From an uncultured Candidatus Saccharibacteria bacterium (GTDB lineage Bacteria; Patescibacteriota; Minisyncoccia; UBA6257; UBA9933): 64,000 bases of DNA. The notes beneath the pieces were generated by a model. The model searched no databases. It had not been told where the DNA came from and saw nothing but the letters and a program-made list of their open reading frames with translations. The position numbers were made by a program, and so were the translations under genes. Location: the NCBI GenBank assembly GCA_964642155.1, contig CAZXNT010000002.1, positions 65,801-129,800 of the forward strand, written 5' to 3'. This document shows, one piece after another, positions 1 to 10,333 of the stretch; positions within the stretch are counted from its first letter, which is position 1, and each line of letters opens with the position of its first letter.

Positions 1-555
1 CGCAATAAAATCATTCAGGCTGAACGAAAATTGTTTGATTCTGGGATGTTGCTTACTCCTTCCTGGGTGTTGAAAATTTTAAGCGAAAAGACAAAAAAAA
101 TATCAAAATCGGGGTTCGGCATTGTTTTTAGTGGCTCGCCAAGAACGCTTTACGAGGCCTTCGGCGATAAAAAAATAAAGGGATTAGTTGATGTTTTGGA
201 AAAGCATTATAATAAAAAAAATATTCTTATTTTTAAAATTGATGTTCCAGAAAGCGCTTCGGTCAAAAGAAACAGTAATCGTCTTATTTGTTCCGTTTGC
301 GGGACACAAGTATTGAGCAAACTTTTGAACTTTAAAACTTTTAAACTTTCTATGTGTCCTTTTTGCGGCGGGAAATTTTATCGCCGGACGCTTGATAATC
401 CGGAAACTATTAAAATCAGGCTCAAAGAATATAACGAGAGAACTTTGCCGACGATTAAAAAATTGGAAAAACGCGGATATAAAATTATTCGCATTAACGG
501 AAAATCCGTGCCGTCAAAAGTAAATAAATCAATTTTAAAATGGGTGTTAAAATAA
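1..555 (+). CDS. adk: adenylate kinase, 5'-truncated by the window edge; LID domain with a Cys4 zinc knuckle
   Basis: Frame 1 is open from base 1. The GIVFSGSPRT motif matches the Adk GFLLDGFPRT motif. CSVCG...CPFCGG is a zinc-binding LID. Position immediately upstream of map is the typical order. Confidence 0.8.
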   Translation, partial: RNKIIQAERKLFDSGMLLTPSWVLKILSEKTKKISKSGFGIVFSGSPRTLYEAFGDKKIKGLVDVLEKHYNKKNILIFKIDVPESASVKRNSNRLICSVCGTQVLSKLLNFKTFKLSMCPFCGGKFYRRTLDNPETIKIRLKEYNERTLPTIKKLEKRGYKIIRINGKSVPSKVNKSILKWVLK

Positions 556-1304
556 AAACTTCTTCGGAAATAAAATCTATTACCGCTTCGGGGGCGATTT
601 TGGCTAAAGTTTTTAAACAAGTGATTAAAGAAGCGAAAGAGGGAACGGTTTTGAAGGATTTGGATAAATTGGCTTTTAAGCTGATTGAAGAATCGGGGGC
701 TGAGCCGGCTTTTTTAAATTATCGTCCGAACGGCGCCTTAAAACCGTATCAGGCGACGATTTGCGCTTCAATTAATGATGTGATAGTGCATGGTTTGCCG
801 AATGATTACCGGTTGAAAAATGGAGATGTTTTGAAACTTGATTTCGGCGTTAAGTATCAAGGATTTTATTCGGATGCCGCCGTAACCGTCGGCATTGGAA
901 CAATTTCTCCGGAAGCTGGAAAATTAATAAAAGCGACAAAAATAGCATTGGAAGAAGCGATTAAAATCGCGCAACCCGGAAATTTTTTAGGGGACATCGG
1001 CTGGGTAATTGAAAAAATTGCCAAGAAATTCGGGGTAAAAACCATAAAAGAACTTACTGGACACGGTATTGGTCGCGAACTTCATGAAGACCCGATTATT
1101 TATAATTTTGGGAAAAGAGGCAAGGGGATTGAATTGAAATCCGGAATGGTTTTAGCGATTGAACCGATGTTTGCCGTTGGCACCGGAAAAATTATTCAAA
1201 AGAAGGACGAGAGCTGGGCAACGGCCGACGGTTCCTTGTCCGCTCATTTTGAACACACGGTCGCGATTATTGATAAGGGGTCGATAGTGTTGACGCAAAT
1301 GTAA
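540..1304 (+). CDS. map: methionine aminopeptidase type I
   Basis: 254 aa. Metal-binding motifs are conserved (DFGVKYQGFYSDAA, HGIGRELHEDP, AIEPM). Confidence 0.9.
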   Translation: MGVKIKTSSEIKSITASGAILAKVFKQVIKEAKEGTVLKDLDKLAFKLIEESGAEPAFLNYRPNGALKPYQATICASINDVIVHGLPNDYRLKNGDVLKLDFGVKYQGFYSDAAVTVGIGTISPEAGKLIKATKIALEEAIKIAQPGNFLGDIGWVIEKIAKKFGVKTIKELTGHGIGRELHEDPIIYNFGKRGKGIELKSGMVLAIEPMFAVGTGKIIQKKDESWATADGSLSAHFEHTVAIIDKGSIVLTQM

Positions 1305-1331
1305 AAGCCTGTAAAATAACAAAATACCCAA

Positions 1332-2057
1332 ATGATAAAACCATTTTTATCCGTCATAATTCCGGCTTATAACGAGGCCAAGCACTTGCCGCTCACTTTG
1401 ATTGATATTAATAAGCATTTAAAACGCGGCGATTTTTCTTATGAGATTATTGTAGTTGACAATAATTCCACTGATGCCACGCCGGAAATTGTTGAAAGAT
1501 TTATGCATTTGATTGATAATTTAAAATTAATAAAATGCAAAGTTCCCGGCAAAGGCGGAGCGGTAAAGTACGGAATGTTGGAAGCAAAGGGGCAAATCAG
1601 ATTATTTATGGATGCTGATAATTCTACTGCCATTGACCAATTTAACAAGATGACCCCTCATTTTAAAGAAGATTATGATATTGTGATTGGTTCGCGAGAT
1701 ATTGAAGGAGCTCAATTGGTGCCGCCTCAGCCGTGGTATAAAAGATTGGGCGGTAATATCGGTAATTTAATAATCCAATTTTTACTTTTGCCTGGTATTT
1801 GGGACACGCAATGCGGATTCAAGGCGTTTACCGAAGAAGCGGCCGAGAAAATTTTTCCATTATTAAAAACAAACCGTTGGGGATTTGACGTTGAAGTTTT
1901 ATCTTTGGCGAAAAAGTTCGGCTATAAAATAAAAGAAATTCCGGTTGTTTGGGTTAATAATCCTTTCTCAAAAGTAAAAGCCACAACTTATTTACAAGTT
2001 TTGTGGGAAGTAGTTAAAATACGGTATTGGTTGACGATGGGGAAATATAAAAATTAG
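1332..2057 (+). CDS. family 2 glycosyltransferase (dolichyl-phosphate mannose synthase-like)
   Basis: VIIPAYNE N-terminus and a DAD (DXD) motif. Fold is GT2-like. Confidence 0.75.
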   Translation: MIKPFLSVIIPAYNEAKHLPLTLIDINKHLKRGDFSYEIIVVDNNSTDATPEIVERFMHLIDNLKLIKCKVPGKGGAVKYGMLEAKGQIRLFMDADNSTAIDQFNKMTPHFKEDYDIVIGSRDIEGAQLVPPQPWYKRLGGNIGNLIIQFLLLPGIWDTQCGFKAFTEEAAEKIFPLLKTNRWGFDVEVLSLAKKFGYKIKEIPVVWVNNPFSKVKATTYLQVLWEVVKIRYWLTMGKYKN

Positions 2058-2068
2058 AAATTTATATT

Positions 2069-2521
2069 ATGCAATATCTTTCAAAAGATAAATACGAAGA
2101 ATTAAAAATAGAGTTGGAAAGGTTAAAAAAAGAAGCTCGCAAGGAAGTTGCCGAGCGTCTTAAACGCGCTAAAGAATACGGCGACCTTTCGGAAAATGCC
2201 GAGTATTCCGAAGCCAAGGAAGAACAAGCGCGCGTTGAAAGTCGGATTTTTGAATTGGAAAACGTTTTAAGGAACGCCAGTATTATTAAAAAAACTGGTG
2301 GAAAAGACATTATTCAAGTGGGTTCCACGATTGAAGTTAAAAAAGGAAGCAGGGAATTAAAATATACTATTGTCGGTTCCAATGAGGCGCGACCGGAAGC
2401 AAATTTGATTTCTAATGAATCTCCACTTGGGAAAGCTTTTTTGGGAAAGAAAAAAGGCGATGTCGTAAAAATAGAAACTCCTGGAGGAAAAGTTGAATAT
2501 AAAATAATGAAAATAGAGTAA
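2069..2521 (+). CDS. greA: transcription elongation factor GreA
   Basis: 150 aa. N-terminal coiled coil (LSKDKYEELKIELERLKK) and a C-terminal FKBP-like domain. Confidence 0.85.
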   Translation: MQYLSKDKYEELKIELERLKKEARKEVAERLKRAKEYGDLSENAEYSEAKEEQARVESRIFELENVLRNASIIKKTGGKDIIQVGSTIEVKKGSRELKYTIVGSNEARPEANLISNESPLGKAFLGKKKGDVVKIETPGGKVEYKIMKIE

Positions 2522-2523
2522 AT

Positions 2524-3900
2524 ATGCTTGAAGACATTATTCAAGAACGCAAAAAGAAGCTGGAAAATTTTATTAAAGCCGGAATTGACCCGTATCCGGA
2601 AAAATCAAAACGGACTCATAAAATTTCGGAAGCGCTGGCCAACTTTCCATTATTGTCAAAATCGCGCAAGAAAATTTTTATTTGCGGAAGGATTTTTGGG
2701 ATGCGCGTGATGGGCAATATCGCTTTTTACGATTTGCGCGACGAAAGCGGCAAAATTCAGGGCGTACTTAAAGCCGACGCGCTGGTCGGCTCCCCGACTC
2801 AACGTCGGGGAAAAGACAATCTAAAAAAAGAATTTACGTTATTCAAGGATAATTTAGATATTGGAGATTTTATTGAAGTCGGCGGAATTTTATTTAAAAC
2901 AAAAACCGGCGAGAAAAGCGTTGAAATTAAAAATTTTCGGCTCTTGGCAAAAAGTTTAAGGCCCTTGCCGTCGCAGTGGTACGGGTTAAAAGAAGTTGAA
3001 GAACGTTATCGCAAAAGATATTTGGATATTTTTTTAAATCCCGAAGTCAAAGAGATTATAAATAAGCGTTCTGAAATTATTCAAAACATAAGAAAAGATT
3101 TATTAATGACCGGTTTTAACGAGGTGGAAACACCGATGCTTCAGGCGCTGCCCGGCGGCGCTTTGGCAAGACCTTTTATTACCCATCACAATGCTCTGGA
3201 TGTTGATTTTTATTTGCGCATCGCTCCCGAGCTTTATCTTAAAAGATTATTAGTCGCAGGTTTTGAGAAAATTTTTGAAATCGGTAAGGTTTTCAGGAAT
3301 GAAGGAATTGACAGGGACCATAATCCCGAATTTACGATGCTTGAGCTTTATTGGGCTTATCAGGATTGGGAGGGATTAATGAAATTTACGAAAAAGCTTC
3401 TTAAAAAATTTATCGGCGGCACATGGTCTAAAATTAAATATGAAGAAGCGATTAAAAAATATGCCGGAAGAAATTTGAAAGATATGAAGATAGAAGAAAT
3501 TGACGAAATTTTTAAGAAAGAAGTGCGTCCGAAAATTATTAATCCGACCCTTATCACTCATTATCCGAAATCAATTTCACCGCTCGCGAAATCTTGTTCC
3601 GATAATCCGGCGCTGACGGAACGTTTTCAATTAATTGTTGACGGAATGGAAATCGTCAATGGATTTTCAGAATTAAACGACCCGAATGACCAGCGCGTCA
3701 GAATGGAAGAACAAGAACGAAATTATCGCAAAGGAGACGCGGAAGCTTCGCGGCTGGATGAGGATTTCTTGGAAGCTTTGGATTATGGGATGCCGCCGGC
3801 AGCCGGCTTAGGCATCGGCATTGACCGGCTTGTGTCTTTAATAACGAAAAAACACAATATAAAAGAAGTGATTATTTTTCCGACATTAAGGCCAAAGTGA
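2524..3900 (+). CDS. lysS: lysyl-tRNA synthetase, class II
   Basis: FRNEGIDRDHNPEFTMLELYWAY (motif 2) and GLGIGIDRL (motif 3). An N-terminal OB anticodon-binding domain is present. Confidence 0.9.
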   Translation: MLEDIIQERKKKLENFIKAGIDPYPEKSKRTHKISEALANFPLLSKSRKKIFICGRIFGMRVMGNIAFYDLRDESGKIQGVLKADALVGSPTQRRGKDNLKKEFTLFKDNLDIGDFIEVGGILFKTKTGEKSVEIKNFRLLAKSLRPLPSQWYGLKEVEERYRKRYLDIFLNPEVKEIINKRSEIIQNIRKDLLMTGFNEVETPMLQALPGGALARPFITHHNALDVDFYLRIAPELYLKRLLVAGFEKIFEIGKVFRNEGIDRDHNPEFTMLELYWAYQDWEGLMKFTKKLLKKFIGGTWSKIKYEEAIKKYAGRNLKDMKIEEIDEIFKKEVRPKIINPTLITHYPKSISPLAKSCSDNPALTERFQLIVDGMEIVNGFSELNDPNDQRVRMEEQERNYRKGDAEASRLDEDFLEALDYGMPPAAGLGIGIDRLVSLITKKHNIKEVIIFPTLRPK

Positions 3901-4439
3901 TTATTTCTTCTCATATAATTGCCGCTTCAGCGGTTGTGGCGCCATTATTAAGCCGACCTTTAAATTTTACGAACGCGGCGCTTATTTTTTTTGCGTCGCT
4001 TTTGAGCCACTTTGCGCTTGACGCTTTGCCGCATTGGGATTATAAAATGTTATCTTTCCCGAAAGAAAGCGGACTTGTCCGCCGTAGCCTTGACGAAGGC
4101 GGAGAAAGATTATTTGTTTTTAAGAAAAATTTTTTAACGAAAGATTTGCTTAAAAATTTATTGGACGGTGCAACTGGACTGGCGGGTGCGATTTTAATAA
4201 TCGGTTTTCCGAAAAATTTTTCAGGTTTTATTTTATTCGGCCTAATTGTTTTCGGCGCTATTTTGCCGGATATATTGGAAGCGTTGTTTGTGATCAAAAA
4301 ATGGCGCGTTTTGGAACCGCTGCATAAATTTCATCTTGCGATTCACGGCAAGCGCATTTTTCAAAATAGACCGTTTTGGGGCGTTATCTCGCAGATTTTA
4401 ATGATAACGCTGATTGTTTTTATTTTTGCCGGATTTTAA
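3897..4439 (+). CDS. membrane-bound metal-dependent hydrolase-like protein (YdjM/DUF457-like), tentative
   Basis: Multi-TM protein. The His/Asp pattern (SHIIAAS...SHFALDALPHWDY) resembles the DUF457 family. Start overlaps the lysS stop. Confidence 0.35.
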   Translation: MIISSHIIAASAVVAPLLSRPLNFTNAALIFFASLLSHFALDALPHWDYKMLSFPKESGLVRRSLDEGGERLFVFKKNFLTKDLLKNLLDGATGLAGAILIIGFPKNFSGFILFGLIVFGAILPDILEALFVIKKWRVLEPLHKFHLAIHGKRIFQNRPFWGVISQILMITLIVFIFAGF

Positions 4440-4522
4440 AAAATTTGACTTCATCTTGATTTTTTGTTTAAATTTATTCAGTTAGCATGTGGCTAAATTA
4501 AAAAATTAATAAGGGAGGCAAT

Positions 4523-4741
4523 ATGAAAGAGAACGACATAATAGATGAATCCGTATTAATAGAAGCAATATATAAAGAAAGAAAGAAGATAAAATGTCTG
4601 TGCGGCGAAATTATTTTAGTGCCCATAGATCCTTGTCCGTTTTATTGCGCTAAATGCAAGACGCGGTTTTTACACGACAAGAAGAACGAGGTTGTGAGAT
4701 TATTGGATAGTGGCGTAGAGCAAGTTGAGCTTGTTGAGTAA
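4523..4741 (+). CDS. small zinc-ribbon protein (two CxxC pairs), hypothetical
   Basis: 72 aa with CLCGE...CPFYCAKCK. Strong SD (AAGGGAGG) lies 7 nt upstream. Confidence 0.4.
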   Translation: MKENDIIDESVLIEAIYKERKKIKCLCGEIILVPIDPCPFYCAKCKTRFLHDKKNEVVRLLDSGVEQVELVE

Positions 4742-4773
4742 AGCAGATTAATTTTAAAAAGGAGGTGAGATAG

Positions 4774-5550
4774 ATGATAAGATTTTCCAATGGAAAGGAA
4801 TATTTATTCTTTATGTCTTCGGGGATGATGGGGTTTGACGGCAATGGAGCGACAGAAGCGCATAAAATTCTTTTTTATCTGTTATCTAAAATGGGGATAT
4901 ATGACCCGTCTTTGTTTGCCATTACCACGAAAACTATAACATTCCATCCTATGGTCGGATTGAAAAAAATAAGGCCGATAAGCCATGGTTGGTGGAACAA
5001 TTATGGCTTAAATAATCCTGGGTTCAATAAATTTATTTTGGATAATGGAAAAGAGATAAAAAAGAAAGATAATATTATAATCTCGTTTACCGGCAAGAAA
5101 AAATACGATTTACGGATAATGATTGGCGCCATGTTCGCAAAATTTCCAAATGTTCTGGCTTTTGAATACAATATTTCATGCCATCGCGAGGATGTTCGTA
5201 TGGGCGCAAATGAAGGTATTAGAAATATCGAATTTCTTAAAAAGAATTTCAGTGAAGTTGATTTTATTATGAAGGTGGGGAAGGGTAGTAATAATTATAA
5301 GTTTATTGCTAAAGAAACCGAAGGAATGGTAAAAGCTTTAAGGATAAACAGCGTTCCTGTAGAAGGAGGCGGCGCAATATCTGGGAAAGCGGCCCAGCCG
5401 ATAAATTGGCCGATAATGGAAGAGTTGCTTAATGCGTCAAAGACGCAGGTTATAGCCCCGAGTATTTGGGACTATGAAGACTTTGAAAGGGTTATAAAAA
5501 TGGGCGCGTCAGGGATAGATTGTGGTTCATTCTCTATGCCTCATTATTGA
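4774..5550 (+). CDS. dihydroorotate-dehydrogenase-like TIM-barrel protein; catalytic residues appear diverged
   Basis: Resembles class 1 DHOD blocks (MSSGMMGF, YGLNNPGFNKF, IIISFTG, EYNISCH, GASGIDCGS). Strong SD (AAAGGAGGTG) upstream. Confidence 0.45.
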   Translation: MIRFSNGKEYLFFMSSGMMGFDGNGATEAHKILFYLLSKMGIYDPSLFAITTKTITFHPMVGLKKIRPISHGWWNNYGLNNPGFNKFILDNGKEIKKKDNIIISFTGKKKYDLRIMIGAMFAKFPNVLAFEYNISCHREDVRMGANEGIRNIEFLKKNFSEVDFIMKVGKGSNNYKFIAKETEGMVKALRINSVPVEGGGAISGKAAQPINWPIMEELLNASKTQVIAPSIWDYEDFERVIKMGASGIDCGSFSMPHY

Positions 5551-5665
5551 AAGGCCATGGGGACCAATACTCCCGTCAATATGGGCGAAAAGATATATAA
5601 AAGAACAGTAGCAGCGCGATTCTTATTTAAAAAGCGCTGCGAGAATAAAATCAAGATAATTTTTA

Positions 5666-5700
5666 AATGGCAGGGAAGGAATTAACTCTCTGCCATTTTA
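5666..5700 (+). terminator. rho-independent terminator hairpin (AATGGCAGgg..CTGCCATT plus T-run)
   Basis: Perfect 8-bp GC-containing stem followed by TTTTAAATTTGTTTTT. A second hairpin (GCAGCGC..GCGCTGC) lies about 50 nt upstream. Confidence 0.6.
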
Positions 5701-5738
5701 AATTTGTTTTTCGGCGATTTTTGGGTTAAAATATTTGT

Positions 5739-6995
5739 ATGTTAGATATAAAATTCATTCGTGAAAATAAAGAAGCGGTTAAGCAAAATTGCGAAAACCG
5801 CAATTTTCAATGCGATGTTGAGCGGCTTTTGGAATTGGACGACAAGAGAAGGGAATTTATAATAAAAATTGACGAATTAAAATCCGAAAAAAATAAATTA
5901 AACGATATTTTAAAATCCGGCGGAAATAAAAATGAAATTATTGAAAAAGGAAAAATTATCAAAGAAAATTTAGAAAAATTGGAGCCGGAATTGGATAAAA
6001 CATTAAAAGAATGGAAAACGCTTTTAATGCAAATTCCCAATATGACGCATTCAGCGGCGCCGGTCAGCAAAGAAGAAACTAGAAGCAGAGAGATTGAAAA
6101 ATATGGCGAACCGCCAAAATTTGATTTTGAGCCGAAGGGGCACGAAGAATTAATGGAAAATCTTGATTTGGCTGATTTTGAAAGAGCGACAAAAGTGAGT
6201 GGTTCAAAATTTTATTATTTTAAAAATGAAGGCGTGTTGTTAGAATTAGCTTTAATCAGGTTCGCGCTTGATAAATTAATTGCCAAAGGGTTTGTTCCTT
6301 TTATTACTCCGGATTTGGCAAAAGACGCCATTTTAGAAGGAATTGGTTTTAATCCGCGCGGTCCGGAAACTCAAGTTTATTCAATTGAAAATTCGGATTT
6401 AAGCTTAGTGGGAACCGCGGAAATCACAATGGGCGGTTATCATATGAATGAAATAATTCCCGAAGAAAAATTGCCCTTGAAATACGCGGCATTGTCCCAT
6501 TGTTTTAGAACCGAAGCCGGCGGATACGGAAAACACAGCGCCGGTTTATATCGCGTGCACCAATTTTCAAAAGTGGAAATGTTTGCTTACGTTTTGCCCG
6601 AAGATTCGGAAAAAATACATACGGAATTTAAAAATATTGAAATAGAAATTTTTAAAGATTTAGGGGTGCCGTTTCGGGTAATTGATATTTGCACCGGCGA
6701 TTTGGGCGGGCCGGCTTATCGAAAATACGATTTGGAAGCGTGGATGGTTTCCAAAAACGGCTGGGGAGAAGTGACTTCAACTTCAGACACGACGACCTAC
6801 CAATCCCGCCGCCTTAATATCAAAGTTAAGCGTAAAAGCGGCGCTACGGAATTTTTACACATGCTTAATGGTACCGCTATCGCGGTTTCTCGGGCTATTG
6901 TTGCCATCCTTGAAAATTATCAGCAAAAAGACGGGAGCGTGATTATCCCCGAAGTTTTAAAGAAATATTTGGGATTTGATAAAATTTCGCAATAA
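5739..6995 (+). CDS. serS: seryl-tRNA synthetase
   Basis: 418 aa. N-terminal coiled-coil arm and class II motifs (FRTEAGGYGKHSAGLYRVHQF, GTAIAVSRAIVAILENYQ). Confidence 0.9.
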   Translation: MLDIKFIRENKEAVKQNCENRNFQCDVERLLELDDKRREFIIKIDELKSEKNKLNDILKSGGNKNEIIEKGKIIKENLEKLEPELDKTLKEWKTLLMQIPNMTHSAAPVSKEETRSREIEKYGEPPKFDFEPKGHEELMENLDLADFERATKVSGSKFYYFKNEGVLLELALIRFALDKLIAKGFVPFITPDLAKDAILEGIGFNPRGPETQVYSIENSDLSLVGTAEITMGGYHMNEIIPEEKLPLKYAALSHCFRTEAGGYGKHSAGLYRVHQFSKVEMFAYVLPEDSEKIHTEFKNIEIEIFKDLGVPFRVIDICTGDLGGPAYRKYDLEAWMVSKNGWGEVTSTSDTTTYQSRRLNIKVKRKSGATEFLHMLNGTAIAVSRAIVAILENYQQKDGSVIIPEVLKKYLGFDKISQ

Positions 6996-6997
6996 TT

Positions 6998-7843
6998 ATG
7001 GAATTTTATATTGATGAAAAACAAAGGAAAAAAAGTGGGCGGATTTTTAAAATAAAAATTTATATCGGATTGGCGGTTTTTCTATTATTATTGGCCGGAA
7101 TTTTTTACGCCGTTGTTTATTCGCCGTTATTTAAAATTACGAGAATTAATACGGATACAGATACAGAAGAACTCAAAAGTTTTTTTAATAGCCGTTCAAA
7201 ATTAGCGAAATTTTTGGGAGCGAATAATATATTGGTTTGGAACAATAATGTCGGGGATTTTTTAAAACAGAATCCGCAAATTATAAATTTATCAGTTGAA
7301 AAAAATTATTTTAACAGGGGAATTAAAATTAATTTTCAAAAAAGAGAGCGATTTGGCATTTGGTGTCTTCAAGCACTGACTAATACGGATTTAACACAGA
7401 CCAACGCAGAAAATAGTCAGTATAAGTCCGTGTTTAGTCCGCGTGAGTTCGTGTGCTGGTGGTTTGATAGAAACGGCGTGGCGTTTGAACATGCTCCCAA
7501 AACAGAAGGAGAAATGATTTATAAAGTGGATGATTTTTCCGGAAGGCAATTGATAATCGGCGATAAAGTCATTAAAGAAGATTTATTCGCTAATTTGTTG
7601 AAAATTTTCAATGTTCTTGAACAAAGCGATTTGAATGTTAGGACATTGCAGATAAAAGATTTGAGTTTGCAGGAAACGACAATTGAACCGGTGAACGCTT
7701 TGATGCCGAAAATTTATTTTAGCTTGAGATTTGATCCTGTGTTTAGCATGCCGGCAATTCAGGCGATTAAAGAATACGGATTAAATAAAATAGAATATGT
7801 CGATTTTCGAGTGGAAAACAGGGCATATTATAAAACAAAATGA
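6998..7843 (+). CDS. membrane protein with a single TM and POTRA-like region (FtsQ/DivIB-like?), tentative
   Basis: One N-terminal TM helix followed by a roughly 230-aa extracytoplasmic domain. Sits upstream of the pilin/PilM genes. Confidence 0.3.
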   Translation: MEFYIDEKQRKKSGRIFKIKIYIGLAVFLLLLAGIFYAVVYSPLFKITRINTDTDTEELKSFFNSRSKLAKFLGANNILVWNNNVGDFLKQNPQIINLSVEKNYFNRGIKINFQKRERFGIWCLQALTNTDLTQTNAENSQYKSVFSPREFVCWWFDRNGVAFEHAPKTEGEMIYKVDDFSGRQLIIGDKVIKEDLFANLLKIFNVLEQSDLNVRTLQIKDLSLQETTIEPVNALMPKIYFSLRFDPVFSMPAIQAIKEYGLNKIEYVDFRVENRAYYKTK

Positions 7844-8346
7844 AAAATTACAATAAGGGCATTTCACTTTTGGAGCTTATAATTTACGTCGCGATTTTTT
7901 CCGTTATTATTTTAGTGATGTCGGAAATATTTTTTGTTTCCATTAAGGGGAAAGATTTGGCAAGCGTCCGTTTTGAGGTATCGCAGAATATGCGTTTTGC
8001 GACGGAAAAAATCAGGCAAGCGGTTTTTGACGCCTCAGCAATTAGTGTTTCCGGAACATGTCCGCTTAATACTTTAAATGTCACCAGTACGATTAGCGTC
8101 GCCACTTCTTCTATTTTTATTGAATCGGGAATTTTGAAAATCAGCGGCGCGAACGGCGTAGAAAGCATTACTTCTGAAAGCGTGATTGCCACAACCACTC
8201 CGGCGGATTGCCTTTTTACAATTATTTCAAATCCGCAACCGGCTAAAGCGACTCTTCAAGCGAAATTAAAAATAGTTTATAATAGCCAAGGGAGGAGCGA
8301 TTTGGATGTCGCGGAATCTCAACAAATAACAGTTTCATTAAGATGA
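7840..8346 (+). CDS. type IV pilin-like / pseudopilin (class III signal peptide)
   Basis: N-terminus MKNYNKG|ISLLELIIYVAIFSVIIL has the prepilin cleavage motif, Glu at +5 and a hydrophobic helix. Confidence 0.6.
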   Translation: MKNYNKGISLLELIIYVAIFSVIILVMSEIFFVSIKGKDLASVRFEVSQNMRFATEKIRQAVFDASAISVSGTCPLNTLNVTSTISVATSSIFIESGILKISGANGVESITSESVIATTTPADCLFTIISNPQPAKATLQAKLKIVYNSQGRSDLDVAESQQITVSLR

Positions 8347-9788
8347 ATTTAAATAATATAAAACAAAGATTATCCGTTTTTTTGCGACGCGTAAAGCCGA
8401 TTGCCGGTTTGGCGATAACAGATGATGGCCTTTATGTGGCGGTTTTTAGCGGCGCGGCAAATACAACCGTTTTAAGCAAAAAATTCGCTTTTGACGAATT
8501 AACCGCGAGGAATATTTCCAAGGGGTTAAAAAAATTAAAAATTGAGCCCAAAATTGATTTTTCTTCCGTTATTGTTTCGCTTCCTTCGTCTGAGAGTTAT
8601 ACGGCTCTTTTTGAATTTCCGTTAATTGCCGAAAATCAACAAATTGAAGAAGCGATGAATTTAGCGACTTTTACGCTACCTATTTCCGAAGCGGAAATTT
8701 ATTCGGACTGGATGCCATTGGAAAATATAAAAACAAAAAAGAAAGAAGCGGTGTTGGGAATGGCAAAAAAAATTTCCATAGATTCTTATTTAAAAATATT
8801 TGATGAAAATAAAATCGCGCCTGTCGCAATTGAAACTTACGCGTGGAGTTTTGGGCAATTTTTGGAAGAAGGCGATGATATTGTGATGATGGCGATGGAA
8901 CAATTTGATTCTCTTATTTTTACCATTTATGACGGGAAAATTCCGTATTTTCATTTTAGTTTGCCTAAGGAAATTTTTAACAACGAAGAAGATTTTTTGA
9001 AATCGTCAGTCCATCACATCAAGCGGCTGATTCATTTTGTCTCATCGGAAAATAATCGTTCAAGGGAAATAAAATTTATTATTGTTTTAGGCAGCGAAGA
9101 ATTGAAGAAATTTTTCAAAGAAAATATTTCGGGCGTTGATTTTAAAGAAATCAAAGAAATGGGAGATTCCGGCGAACTTGGTCATTCCATAGCTTTGGGA
9201 GCCGCGAAAAGAGGGCTTATTCCTCGCCGCGAAGACGCGATTGTAAGCCTTATGCCGATTGGAACGGAACTTGCTTATGAACGGCATCGCTTGGTTTCTT
9301 TTTTGGATTTTTTCCAGAAGTTTTCCATAGGATTCGCTGGTTTTCTGGTTGTTTTATTTACCGGGGCTTTAGTAATGGTTAGGGCGCTTTCTTCAAATGT
9401 GGAAAAATCTTTGCAAAAAGAAATCGTTTTTCCCGTAGAGGTGGCGGAAATAAGAGAGAAAGCGAGATTTTTCAACGAAGCGGTTACTCAAATGTATAAA
9501 ATTCAATCAACTTCGCCTTTGTGGCAAAAAGTTTTTTCCGAGGTGGAAAAATACGCTAATGTTGGTATTTCCATCAGTCAAATCAGCGCCGATGAAAAAG
9601 GCGCGATTTCTTTTTCCGGCAACGCCGCCAGTAGGGACTCTCTTATTTTTTTAAAGAATCAAATTGCCAACTCCGCTGTTTTGGATGTCGAACAATTGCC
9701 TTTGTCGCTTTTTCTCAATAAAGAAAACATTAATTTTACAATAAGGGCAAAATTAAAAGATTCAAATTTTTTATACCAGCCGATATGA
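8343..9788 (+). CDS. type IV pilus assembly PilM-like actin-fold ATPase fused to a PilN-like TM plus periplasmic region
   Basis: N-terminal FtsA/PilM-like fold. Internal TM helix (FAGFLVVLFTGALVMV) is followed by a periplasmic domain. Start and stop are translationally coupled to neighbours. Confidence 0.55.
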   Translation: MNLNNIKQRLSVFLRRVKPIAGLAITDDGLYVAVFSGAANTTVLSKKFAFDELTARNISKGLKKLKIEPKIDFSSVIVSLPSSESYTALFEFPLIAENQQIEEAMNLATFTLPISEAEIYSDWMPLENIKTKKKEAVLGMAKKISIDSYLKIFDENKIAPVAIETYAWSFGQFLEEGDDIVMMAMEQFDSLIFTIYDGKIPYFHFSLPKEIFNNEEDFLKSSVHHIKRLIHFVSSENNRSREIKFIIVLGSEELKKFFKENISGVDFKEIKEMGDSGELGHSIALGAAKRGLIPRREDAIVSLMPIGTELAYERHRLVSFLDFFQKFSIGFAGFLVVLFTGALVMVRALSSNVEKSLQKEIVFPVEVAEIREKARFFNEAVTQMYKIQSTSPLWQKVFSEVEKYANVGISISQISADEKGAISFSGNAASRDSLIFLKNQIANSAVLDVEQLPLSLFLNKENINFTIRAKLKDSNFLYQPI

Positions 9789-10333
9789 CAACAATAGACA
9801 AAAAAAATTTCCAAAAGAAAATTTTATCAACTGTCGGAATCACTTTTGCCGTTTTGGCGGTCTTTTCAATGGTTATTTTTTTTCTTGCGGAATATCTTAA
9901 TAAAAGCATTGTTGAAATCGGTAAAAAACAGCGGCTTTTATCAATTGCCAAAGAAGAACGGCTTTCTTCTGTTTCCCTCCAAAATAATTTTAAAAAAATA
10001 GAAAGTTTCTTGTCCGTCTTGGAGGGAGTTTTCCCCAACGAAGATAATCTTTATAATTTTATCAGCCGATTGGAATCCTTGGCAACTAGAAACGGCAATA
10101 GAATCTCCATTCAAATAACCAGTTCTAAGGTTGCGGTTGATGACGCAACCGGAAGCAATTATGTTGCTTTTAACGCCACTGTGGGAGGCAATTACGAATC
10201 ATTTAAAAGATATTTGAAAGAATTGAACGCGGGCCGTTATTTTGTAAAAATAGATTCTTTTGGCATCAGCGGTAATCCCACTATTAATAATGAATCAACA
10301 ATGAGTTTAAGTGGGAAAATTTTTATTGAATAA
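9785..10333 (+). CDS. PilO-like membrane protein (N-terminal TM plus coiled coil)
   Basis: 182 aa. TM helix, then coiled coil, then a beta-rich C-terminus. Operon position after the PilM/N fusion. Confidence 0.4.
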   Translation: MTTIDKKNFQKKILSTVGITFAVLAVFSMVIFFLAEYLNKSIVEIGKKQRLLSIAKEERLSSVSLQNNFKKIESFLSVLEGVFPNEDNLYNFISRLESLATRNGNRISIQITSSKVAVDDATGSNYVAFNATVGGNYESFKRYLKELNAGRYFVKIDSFGISGNPTINNESTMSLSGKIFIE

